Assembly (NCBI GenBank): GCA_040755995.1
Contig: JBFMAF010000026.1
Location: 130,360 to 194,359, forward strand
Direction of reading: 5' to 3'
DNA length: 64,000 nt
Source of the DNA: Acidobacteriota bacterium
GTDB taxonomy: Bacteria; Acidobacteriota; CAIWXX01
Position numbers and translations under genes: made by a program. Positions 28,914 through 37,260 of the stretch are shown piece after piece. Positions within the stretch are counted from its first letter, which is position 1. Each line of letters begins with the position of its first letter. The notes below the pieces were generated by a model. That model worked only from the letters and a program-made list of their open reading frames with translations, did not search any database and had not been told where the DNA came from.

Positions 28914-30737
28914 ATGGCATACCGTACACACGTTCTGATTTGTGGCGGAACGGGATGCGTCTCGAGCGGCTCGTTCGAATTGCGCGGCGTCTTCACGGCC
29001 GAACTGCAGAAACAGGGTCTCGCCAAGGAAGTGCAGGTCATCATCACGGGGTGCCAGGGATTCTGCGCCGAGGGGCCGATCATGATCGTGCAACCGGACG
29101 GGGTCTTCTATTGCGGCGTCCAGAAGAAGGACATACCCAACCTGGTCACCGAACACCTGCTGAAAGGCCGGCCGGTGAAGAAGCTGATGTATACGCCGCC
29201 GGTCGAGAAGGTGCCGATCCCGGCGCTCAAGGACATCCCGTTCTTCGCGAAGCAACGGCTGGTGGTCTTGCGCAACCGCGGGTTGATCGATCCGGAGCGG
29301 ATTGACGACTACATCGCCGTAGGCGGCTACACCGCCCTGGTCAAGGCGCTTACGGAGATGACGCCGGAAGATATCATTTCCGAGATCAAGAGGTCTGGTC
29401 TGAGAGGCCGCGGTGGAGGCGGATTCCCGGCGGGCATCAAATGGGAAACATGCCGGCGCGCGGCGCAGAAGCGCGGGGTAGCGCCGGTGGTGGTCTGCAA
29501 CGCCGATGAGGGCGATCCCGGCGCCTTCATGGACCGCAGCATCATCGAATGCGACCCGCATTCGGTGGTGGAGGGGATGATCATCGGCGCATCCGCCATC
29601 GGCTGCAGTGAAGGGTTCGTCTACATCCGCCACGAGTACCCCATCGCGCGCGAGCGGTTGCTGAAGGCGCTGGAACAGGCCCGCGACTACGGGCTGCTGG
29701 GCAACGACATCCTGGGCACGGGACTGAACTTCGACATCGAAATCGTCCAGGGGGCCGGCGCCTTCGTCTGCGGAGAGTCCACTGCGCTCATGGCGTCGCT
29801 CGAGGGCAAGATCGGCGAGCCGAGGGCCAAGTACATCCATACGGTGGAGTACGGTTACAAGAACCAGCCCACGAATCTCAACAACGTGGAGACCTGGGCG
29901 AATGTGCCCTTGATCGTGAATCGCGGGGCGGGCTGGTTCTCGTCGATGGGGACCGGGGACGTGGCTGAGAATCCGTGGGGCGGGAGCAGCGGGACGAAGG
30001 TGTTCTCGCTGGTCGGCAAGGTCAACAACACCGGGTTGATAGAAGTCCCCATGGGGATCTCATTGCGCGAGATCATCTTCGATATCGGCGGAGGCATTCC
30101 GGGAGGCAGGGAGTTCAAGGCTGTGCAGACGGGTGGTCCCTCCGGCGGCTGCCTCCCGAGCTCGCTGCTGGACATGCCCGTCGATTTCGACAGCCTCACC
30201 GAAGCGGGCTCCATGATGGGCTCCGGCGGCATGATCGTGATGGATGACCACACGTGCATGGTGGATGTCGCGAGGTACTTCATCAACTTCCTCACGGAGG
30301 AATCCTGCGGCAAGTGCATACCCTGTCGCGAGGGACTGCGGCATTCCCTTCGGATACTCAACAACATCAGCGACGGAAACGGGCGGCCGGAAGACGTGGA
30401 TCTCTTGCAGGAAATGGGCGAGGTGATGCAGGACAGCTGCCTGTGCGCGCTGGGCACTTCGGCTCCAAACCCCGTCCTCTCCACCCTCCGCTACTTCAAG
30501 GGCGAGTACGAAGCGCACATCAAGGACCACAGGTGTCCGGGGGGCGTCTGCAAGGCGCTGGTTGAATACTCGATCGATCAGCAGTTGTGCGACGGCTGCC
30601 ACGCCTGCGTGCCTGCCTGTTCGACGCAGGCGATCACCGGCAAGGTCAAAGAGAAGCACACTCTGGACAAGACGAAGTGCATCAAGTGCGGCGCCTGTAT
30701 TGAGGTTTGCAAGCGCGAAGCCGTACTGCGGGTCTAG
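28914..30737 (+). CDS. nuoF: NuoF/HydB-like FMN/NAD(H) subunit with N-terminal [2Fe-2S] and C-terminal 2x[4Fe-4S] domains
   Basis: GLRGRGGGGFP, NADEGDPGAFMDR, FVCGESTAL, GGPSGG, ESCGKCIPCREG, CALG, two C-terminal CxxCxxC motifs. Confidence 0.95.
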   Translation: MAYRTHVLICGGTGCVSSGSFELRGVFTAELQKQGLAKEVQVIITGCQGFCAEGPIMIVQPDGVFYCGVQKKDIPNLVTEHLLKGRPVKKLMYTPPVEKVPIPALKDIPFFAKQRLVVLRNRGLIDPERIDDYIAVGGYTALVKALTEMTPEDIISEIKRSGLRGRGGGGFPAGIKWETCRRAAQKRGVAPVVVCNADEGDPGAFMDRSIIECDPHSVVEGMIIGASAIGCSEGFVYIRHEYPIARERLLKALEQARDYGLLGNDILGTGLNFDIEIVQGAGAFVCGESTALMASLEGKIGEPRAKYIHTVEYGYKNQPTNLNNVETWANVPLIVNRGAGWFSSMGTGDVAENPWGGSSGTKVFSLVGKVNNTGLIEVPMGISLREIIFDIGGGIPGGREFKAVQTGGPSGGCLPSSLLDMPVDFDSLTEAGSMMGSGGMIVMDDHTCMVDVARYFINFLTEESCGKCIPCREGLRHSLRILNNISDGNGRPEDVDLLQEMGEVMQDSCLCALGTSAPNPVLSTLRYFKGEYEAHIKDHRCPGGVCKALVEYSIDQQLCDGCHACVPACSTQAITGKVKEKHTLDKTKCIKCGACIEVCKREAVLRV

Positions 30738-30757
30738 GGCTCACGGAGGAGTTGGCC

Positions 30758-32506
30758 ATGAAAGTAGTGAAGCTGAAAGTCGATGGCGTCGAGACTGAAG
30801 CCGAAGACCGAACATCGCTTCTGACGGTTACCAAGAAGCTCGGCATCAAGGTCCCGACCTTGTGCTACCACCCGATCATCGAGCCTGCAGGCGTCTGCCG
30901 GATCTGCACGGTGGAGGTTCGGATGCGCAATCGGGTCCGATTGGTGACAGCGTGCAACTACCCCGTGAGCGAAGGGATCGAGGTGTTGACGAATTCCGAG
31001 CGTGTCCGCCGGACCCGCAGGCTGATCATTGAATGGCTGCTTTCCCGCTGCGGGAACGTCAAGGTGTTGAACGATCTTGCGGCCGAATATGGGATCACGG
31101 AGCCGAGGTTCGGACGGGGCGATGAGGACTGCATCCTGTGCGGCCTCTGCGTGCGCGTCTGTTCGGATGTCGTCGGCAGGCACGTCCTGGGCTTCTTCAA
31201 CCGCGGCACTACTCGCGAAGTCAACACACCGTACGGCGAGACTAGCGAGGAGTGCATTGCGTGCGGGGCCTGCGCATACGTCTGCCCGACCGGATGCATC
31301 ACGATCCAGGATGAGGAGAAGCTGGTGCGGCAGGAGCTGCCGATGGGCCCGATCACTCCAATATCCATCCCATTCATGCAGGCGGTCCCCGCAGTGCCCG
31401 TCATCGACAAGGCGAGCTGCGTCTACTTCAAGACCGGTGGATGCCAGGTGTGCAAGTCGGTTTGCGAGAAACAGGCCATCGAACACACCGCTGATGACAA
31501 GCTTGTCGAATTCGAAGTCGGCAGCATCATCGCCGCCACCGGTTTCCAGTCAATGGATCCGACCAGACTCTCACAGTACGGATACGGCCGGCTTGGAAAC
31601 GTGTTCACGGCGCTGGAATTCGAGAAGCTGAACAACGCGTCGGGGCCGACTGGCGGAAGGATCCTGATGGCCGACGGCAGGGCTCCGGAGAGCGTGGCGC
31701 TGCTGCACTGCGTCGGCAGCCGCGACAAGAACTACCACGAATACTGTTCGCGCGTCTGCTGCATGATGGCCCTCAAGTATGCCCACCTCATTCACGAGAA
31801 AACCGGGGCGGCCGTCTACGATTTCTTCATCGATCTCCGCTGCTTCGGCAAGGGCTACGAGGAGTTCTACAACCGGCTGCTCGAAGAGGGGGTCTTCTTC
31901 ATCCGGGGTCGAGCCGGTGAGGTTTCTGACTTCGCGATCTATGAAGAAGAGCGGGGGAAGCTCATCGTTCGGTGCGAAGACACGCTCATCGGCGTCGTGC
32001 GGCGGATCCCGGTGGACATGGTCGTCCTCATGACCGCTCTGGAACCGGCGAATGACGCCAACAATGTTGCGAGGCTGCTGAACATCTCGTGCAGCAAAGA
32101 CAGTTTCTTCCTGGAACAGCATCCGAAACTGGCGCCCGTGGCCACACCGACCGACGGCGTGTTCATCGCCGGAGCCTGCCAGGGTCCTAAGGACATCCCG
32201 GACGCGGTCGCGCAAGCCTCCGCCGCCGCCTCGGCGGCCATCTCGCTGTCCGTCCGTGGAAGAGTCGAGATCGAACCGGTTACCTGTGTGGTGGATGGCG
32301 AGCGGTGCGCTGCATGCCGTATATGCAACACGCTCTGCCCGTTCACAGCCATCAGCTTCGACATCGAGAAAGATGCGTCCGTCATCAACGACGCGCTGTG
32401 CAAGGGGTGCGGCACCTGCGCGGCGGCCTGCCCGAGCAGCGCAATCACCGCGCGGCATTTCAACGACCGGCAGCTGCTCAACGAAATCGCGGGGGTGTGT
32501 GCATGA
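30758..32506 (+). CDS. hdrA: Fusion of a HydA/NuoG-type N-terminal Fe-S arm ([2Fe-2S]+2x[4Fe-4S]) with the HdrA C-terminal half
   Basis: PTLCYH..GVCRICTVE..LVTAC; CILCGLCVRVC; CIACGACAYVCP; then IPFMQAVP, VGSIIAATGF, NASGPTGG, CVGSRD..YCSRVCC, GKGYEEFY, GACQGPKDI, C-terminal ferredoxin. Confidence 0.9.
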   Translation: MKVVKLKVDGVETEAEDRTSLLTVTKKLGIKVPTLCYHPIIEPAGVCRICTVEVRMRNRVRLVTACNYPVSEGIEVLTNSERVRRTRRLIIEWLLSRCGNVKVLNDLAAEYGITEPRFGRGDEDCILCGLCVRVCSDVVGRHVLGFFNRGTTREVNTPYGETSEECIACGACAYVCPTGCITIQDEEKLVRQELPMGPITPISIPFMQAVPAVPVIDKASCVYFKTGGCQVCKSVCEKQAIEHTADDKLVEFEVGSIIAATGFQSMDPTRLSQYGYGRLGNVFTALEFEKLNNASGPTGGRILMADGRAPESVALLHCVGSRDKNYHEYCSRVCCMMALKYAHLIHEKTGAAVYDFFIDLRCFGKGYEEFYNRLLEEGVFFIRGRAGEVSDFAIYEEERGKLIVRCEDTLIGVVRRIPVDMVVLMTALEPANDANNVARLLNISCSKDSFFLEQHPKLAPVATPTDGVFIAGACQGPKDIPDAVAQASAAASAAISLSVRGRVEIEPVTCVVDGERCAACRICNTLCPFTAISFDIEKDASVINDALCKGCGTCAAACPSSAITARHFNDRQLLNEIAGVCA

Positions 32507-32931
32507 GCTTCGAACCGAAGATCGTGGGAATCCTGTGCAACTGGTGCTCCTACACCGGCGCAGACCTGGCGGGCACCGCCAGGATCCAGTACGCGCCCAA
32601 CGTTCGAGTGGTCCGCGTGATGTGTTCCGGCCGCGTCGACCCGTCCTTCGTGCTGAAGGCGCTCCAGTGCGGCGCCGACGGGGTCCTGATCGCCGGCTGC
32701 CACCTTGGCGACTGCCACTATCAGTCGGGCAACTACAAGACGATGCGCCGCTTCGCGCTGATGAAGCGCGTGCTCGCTCAGCTGGGCGTCGAGCCCGACA
32801 GGGTGCGGCTGGAATGGGTCAGCGCATCGGAAGGTGAGCGCTGGGCGGCGGTCGTCAACGACATGACCGAGAAGGTGCGCGCCCTGGGCCCATTCACCTC
32901 GGGCGACGGCAACAACGCGTTGGGGGCCTGA
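32503..32931 (+). CDS. mvhD: MvhD [2Fe-2S] hydrogenase/Hdr linker subunit
   Basis: CNWCSYTGADLAG, RVMCSGRVD, GCHLGDCHY, WVSASEG. Confidence 0.95.
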   Translation: MSFEPKIVGILCNWCSYTGADLAGTARIQYAPNVRVVRVMCSGRVDPSFVLKALQCGADGVLIAGCHLGDCHYQSGNYKTMRRFALMKRVLAQLGVEPDRVRLEWVSASEGERWAAVVNDMTEKVRALGPFTSGDGNNALGA

Positions 32932-32953
32932 CCCGATGGACGGCACGAGCACC

Positions 32954-33002
32954 GCGAACCGTGAACCAGGAACCGGGAACCTTGAACCGGGAACCTTGAA
33001 CC
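32954..33002. repeat. Heptamer tandem repeat (NNGAACC)x7
   Basis: gcgaacc gtgaacc aggaacc gggaacc ttgaacc gggaacc ttgaacc. Confidence 0.85.
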
Positions 33003-33027
33003 GATGTAGAGGCAGGGAGGTGTTCCC

Positions 33028-33996
33028 ATGGGCAAACTGAAACTCGCGCTTTACTGGGCCGGAGCCTGCGGAGGCTGCGACGTCTCCGTGCTGGACACCA
33101 ACGAGCGAATTCTAAAGATCGCCGAGCTGGCCGATCTGTTGCTCTGGCCGATCGCCCTGGACTTCAAGTATCACCACATCGAAGCGCTCCCCGACGAGCA
33201 CATCGACGTCTGCCTTTTCAACGGAGCAATTCGCAATTCGGAGAACGAACACCTCGCGAAGCTGCTGCGGCAGAAGTCGAAGGTGATGGTCGCGTACGGA
33301 TCGTGCGCGCACCTGGGCGGCATCCCCGGGCTGGCGAATTTCTCCACGCGGAGAGACATCCTCCATCACGTCTACATGGACAGCGCCTCGACTGTGAATC
33401 CCGGGGGCACAGTTCCACTGGAGAAGACCGCCCTTCCCATCGGGGACCTCGAGCTGCCGAAGTTCCACTATGAGGTGCACTCCCTCGACCAGGTCGTTCC
33501 CGTCGACTACTACCTTCCCGGCTGCCCGCCCGCTGTGGACCAGGTCTGGGCGGCGATCGAGGCCATTGCCACGGACAAGTTGCCCGCGGCGGGATCGGTG
33601 GTGGGCGCTGACCAGGTGGCGCTTTGCGACAAATGCACGAGAAAGAAGTCCGAGAAGCGGATAAAAGAGTTCAAATCGATCGCCCAGGTGATTCCGGACC
33701 CGGAGATCTGCTTCCTCGAACAGGGCATCGTCTGCTGCGGTCCCGCGACTCGAGCGGGATGCGGCGCCCCCTGCATCAATGCCAACATGCCGTGTCGCGG
33801 CTGCTACGGCCCGGCACCGGACGTGCCGGACATGGGCGGAAAGCTGCTGTCGGCGATCGCGTCGGTGATCGATTCGGATGATCCGGCTGAGATCGACCGC
33901 ATCGTGGCTCAGATCGAGGACCCGGCGGGGACGTTCTACCGGTTCAGCCTGCCGAGCTCGCTCCTCTCCGGCACGCAACAGAAGGAGGCCGCATGA
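33028..33996 (+). CDS. mvhG: Group 3c [NiFe]-hydrogenase small subunit
   Basis: ACGGCD, YGSCAHLGG, LPGCPP, CFLEQG..CCGPATRAGC..C..PCRGCYG. Confidence 0.93.
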   Translation: MGKLKLALYWAGACGGCDVSVLDTNERILKIAELADLLLWPIALDFKYHHIEALPDEHIDVCLFNGAIRNSENEHLAKLLRQKSKVMVAYGSCAHLGGIPGLANFSTRRDILHHVYMDSASTVNPGGTVPLEKTALPIGDLELPKFHYEVHSLDQVVPVDYYLPGCPPAVDQVWAAIEAIATDKLPAAGSVVGADQVALCDKCTRKKSEKRIKEFKSIAQVIPDPEICFLEQGIVCCGPATRAGCGAPCINANMPCRGCYGPAPDVPDMGGKLLSAIASVIDSDDPAEIDRIVAQIEDPAGTFYRFSLPSSLLSGTQQKEAA

Positions 33997-35453
33997 AACG
34001 CATCACGATCGATCCCATCACACGCCTCGAGGGGCACGGCAAGATCGAGATCTTCCTGGACGATACCGGAGAGGTCGCGGATGTGTACTTCCAGGTGCCC
34101 GAGCTGCGCGGATTCGAGAAGTTCTGCCAGGGACGGCCCGTGTGGGAATTGGCTTCGATTGTTCCCAAGATCTGCGGCGTCTGCCCGGGGGCTCATCACC
34201 TGGCCGCGGGCAAGGCGATCGATGCCGTTTACAAAGTGGATCCGCCGCCCGCGGCGAAGAAGCTGCGGGAGCTCTTCTACTCTGCCCACTACGTGCACAG
34301 CCACATTGCGCACTTCTACGCCCTGGCGGCGCCCGACTTCGTCGTCGGCCCGACGGCCGATCCCGCTCAGCGCAACATCCTCGGCGTTGTGGCGAAAGTC
34401 GGGCTCGAGCTCGGTGGCGCCGTGATCGCCCACCGCAAGATGGCCCAGGAGATTCAAGCCACGCTGGCCGGCCATCAGACCCACACGCGATGGTGCGTCC
34501 CAGGCGGAGTGAGCAGGGGAATAACCGAAGCGCAACGCCTCGAAGTCGTCGAAAAAGCGATCTCGTGTCTCGAGTTCGCCAAGACCTCGATAAAGATCTT
34601 TGACGACGTCGTCCTGAAGAACAAGGAGTACGTCGACCTGATCCTCTCCGATGCCTACTCGCTCACCACGCACTACATGGGACTGGTGGACGACAACAAC
34701 AGGGTGAACTTCTACGACGGCAAGGTCCGAGTCGTCGACACGGCCGGAAAGGAGATCGTCAAGTACGCTCCCGCCGAGTACCTGAATCATGTCGGCGAGC
34801 ACGTGGAAACCTGGTCATACTTGAAGTTCCCATTCCTGAAGGCGAAGGGCTGGAAGGGGTTGGTGGACGGGCAGGACTCCGGCGTCTACCGGGCTGCGCC
34901 GCTCGCGCGGCTCAATGCCGCCGACGGAATGGCCACACCGCTCGCTCAGCAGGAGTACGACAAGTTCTTCCAGACACTCGGCGGCAAGCCGGTTCACGCT
35001 ACGCTCGCTCAACACTGGGCTCGAATCGTCGAGCTTGCGTATGCCTCGGAGCGGCTGCTGGAACTGGCGAATGACCCGGAGGTGGCAAGTCCAAACGTCC
35101 GCTGCCTGCCACAGGCGACACCGCACGAGGGGGTCGGGATCGTCGAGGCGCCCAGAGGCACGCTGACCCATCACTACGTCACCGACGAGCGTGGAATGAC
35201 GACGAACGTGAACCTGATCGTCGGCACCACCAACAACCACGCTCCGATCTGCATGTCGATCAAGAAGGCGGCCAAAGGCCTGATCAAACGCGGGAAGGAG
35301 ATCACGGAGGGGACGCTCAACATGATCGAGATGGCCTTCCGCGCATACGACCCGTGCTTCTCATGCGCCACGCACAGTCTGCCCGGCCGCCTGCCTTTCG
35401 AGGTTGTCGTGCGGGAGCCGGATGGCTCGATTGCGCATGTCGCAAAGAGATAA
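33993..35453 (+). CDS. mvhA: Group 3c [NiFe]-hydrogenase large subunit
   Basis: TRLEGHG, L1 KICGVC, EAPRGTL.HHY, L2 RAYDPCFSCATH plus a cleavable C-terminal extension. Confidence 0.93.
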   Translation: MKRITIDPITRLEGHGKIEIFLDDTGEVADVYFQVPELRGFEKFCQGRPVWELASIVPKICGVCPGAHHLAAGKAIDAVYKVDPPPAAKKLRELFYSAHYVHSHIAHFYALAAPDFVVGPTADPAQRNILGVVAKVGLELGGAVIAHRKMAQEIQATLAGHQTHTRWCVPGGVSRGITEAQRLEVVEKAISCLEFAKTSIKIFDDVVLKNKEYVDLILSDAYSLTTHYMGLVDDNNRVNFYDGKVRVVDTAGKEIVKYAPAEYLNHVGEHVETWSYLKFPFLKAKGWKGLVDGQDSGVYRAAPLARLNAADGMATPLAQQEYDKFFQTLGGKPVHATLAQHWARIVELAYASERLLELANDPEVASPNVRCLPQATPHEGVGIVEAPRGTLTHHYVTDERGMTTNVNLIVGTTNNHAPICMSIKKAAKGLIKRGKEITEGTLNMIEMAFRAYDPCFSCATHSLPGRLPFEVVVREPDGSIAHVAKR

Positions 35454-35466
35454 GCCGGACGCGACC

Positions 35467-35570
35467 CGGAGAATCGGAGAAACGGAGAACCGGGGAAACG
35501 GAGAACCGGCGAAGCGGGGAAACGGAGAAATGGAGAACCCGGGAAACGGAGACGGGGAAACGGGGAAACA
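35467..35570. repeat. Octamer tandem repeat (CGGRGAAN) x about 13
   Basis: cggagaat cggagaaa cggagaac cggggaaa cggagaac cggcgaag cggggaaa ... Confidence 0.85.
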
Positions 35571-35640
35571 GTGACAGGGCGAACGAACGCGGATGATGGC
35601 GTGCATCACGCGAGGGCGGTGTTGCCGGCGCCGGGCGGCA

Positions 35641-35673
35641 CTGTCAACTGCCGACCGGCAACTGACAACTGCT
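35641..35673. repeat. Heptamer array (CTGACAA-like)
   Basis: ctgtcaa ctgccga ccggcaa ctgacaa ctgct. Confidence 0.65.
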
Positions 35674-35681
35674 AGACTCCC

Positions 35682-36233
35682 ATGCAAGAGCGTGTACTGG
35701 TCCTGGGGCTTGGGAATCCGATACTGACGGATGATGCGGTCGGATTGCTGGTCGCGCGCGAGGTTCGGCAGCGGATCGGCTCAGGTGTCCACGTCGCCGA
35801 AGCGTCGGTCGCCGGTTTCGATCTGATCGAGGCGTTCTCGGGATACGATCGTGTGATCGTGATCGACTCGATCCGGACGCCCGGCGGCAGCCCCGGTGCA
35901 GTGTATCTCCTCGCTTCTGAGGACCTGCCAGCCACCGAACGCCTCACCGGGGCTCACGAGATCGACCTGGCTACGGCAATCGCCTTGGGGCGCAGGCTGG
36001 GCCTGCACATGCCGCACACGGTCCGCATCGTGGCCGTCGAGGTCCAGGACAACCGAACGTTCGGCGAATCGTGCACTCCGGAGGTCGCACGCTCGATCGA
36101 CTCGGCTGTGGAGCTCGTCCTGGATGAGATTCTCTTCAAGAGTCGTCGACTAATCCGCTCGCGGATCGAAACATGCAATCGGGGCGCCATATCAGCCCTG
36201 CAAAGAAGGGAGGTCGAAAGTGCCCGCCCCTGA
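35682..36233 (+). CDS. [NiFe]-hydrogenase maturation endopeptidase (HyaD/HybD type)
   Basis: VLGLGNPILTDDAVG, VIVIDS, AHEIDL. Confidence 0.9.
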   Translation: MQERVLVLGLGNPILTDDAVGLLVAREVRQRIGSGVHVAEASVAGFDLIEAFSGYDRVIVIDSIRTPGGSPGAVYLLASEDLPATERLTGAHEIDLATAIALGRRLGLHMPHTVRIVAVEVQDNRTFGESCTPEVARSIDSAVELVLDEILFKSRRLIRSRIETCNRGAISALQRREVESARP

Positions 36234-37257
36234 ACACCTGAAGATCTTCGAAACAGCAGCCGAGGTGCTCAACTCTCCGGCGGAAGTGCCGGAGATGCTT
36301 CGGGCCATCTCGAACGCGATCGCCCGCGGCATGTCCATCAAAGGATGCCAGTTCTTCCTGCTGAGCCGGGACCAGCGGGTGCTGGAGCCGATTGCTTCAT
36401 CAGGGTTGAGCGAGGCGTTCGCGAACCAGGAGTCGGTGGAGATGAATCGCATGCTGCGCGAGATCCTGCAAGGCCAGCCGGTCTCCGTGCGCGACTGCAC
36501 TACCGATCCCCGTATCCATCGCTCGCTGGCCTATAGCGTCGAGGGCATCCGATCGACGCTCTGGATACCGTTGAAGAGCCGCGGGCAGGTCATCGGAGCG
36601 ATGCAGCTGACGACCGCGGATGTGCACGAGTTTTCGGAAGAGGAGATCGAGGTCGCGCGCGTCGTCGCGGCCGTCTGCGCCAGTCTCATCCTGCGGTCGA
36701 TGTTCCAGAGGATCGTGAGCGGCGTGTCTGACACAGTGCGTCATTCGTTGGACGTCGACGAGGTGCTCAAGCGGATCGTCCGCGTGATCACCGAGGACCT
36801 TCGCGCCAAAGGCTGCCTCATCCGGCTGATCGACCCGGACACGAATCGTCTTGAGCTGCGCGCGGCCTACGGCCTCAGCGAAGCCTACCTGCAGAGCGGC
36901 CCGCGCGACGCCGCGAAAGCAACGGCGGAGGTGCTGGAGGGTAAGCCGGTGTTCTTCCTCGACGCCGGGCAGTATCTGCAGTACGCGGAAGATGCAAGAC
37001 GCGAGGGCATCGCATCGCTGCTGAGCGTGCCGTTGATGATCCACGGCAAGTCAATCGGCGTGCTGCGAGTCTACACGTACAAGCCGTACGAGTTCTCGGA
37101 GGAGGAGATCCATCTGATGAAGATGGTGGCCGAGCAGTGCGCGTTGCTCATCAAGAACGCGCAGCTCTACAGCGGCATGAAAGAGCGGTACCAGCAGCTG
37201 ATCGGCGATTTCCACGAGTGGTTCGACCGCTTCTACGGGCCGGGAGGTATGAGGTAG
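36220..37257 (+). CDS. Tandem GAF-domain protein with no output domain
   Basis: Two repeats of KGC..L..L..A..GLSE..EGI.S.L.VPL..G..IG.. Confidence 0.88.
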   Translation: MPAPEHLKIFETAAEVLNSPAEVPEMLRAISNAIARGMSIKGCQFFLLSRDQRVLEPIASSGLSEAFANQESVEMNRMLREILQGQPVSVRDCTTDPRIHRSLAYSVEGIRSTLWIPLKSRGQVIGAMQLTTADVHEFSEEEIEVARVVAAVCASLILRSMFQRIVSGVSDTVRHSLDVDEVLKRIVRVITEDLRAKGCLIRLIDPDTNRLELRAAYGLSEAYLQSGPRDAAKATAEVLEGKPVFFLDAGQYLQYAEDARREGIASLLSVPLMIHGKSIGVLRVYTYKPYEFSEEEIHLMKMVAEQCALLIKNAQLYSGMKERYQQLIGDFHEWFDRFYGPGGMR

Positions 37258-37260
37258 CCC

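Noticed and set aside
32954..35570. Short repeat arrays as CRISPR
   Set aside because: Units are 7-8 bp with no unique spacers, and no cas genes are in the window.
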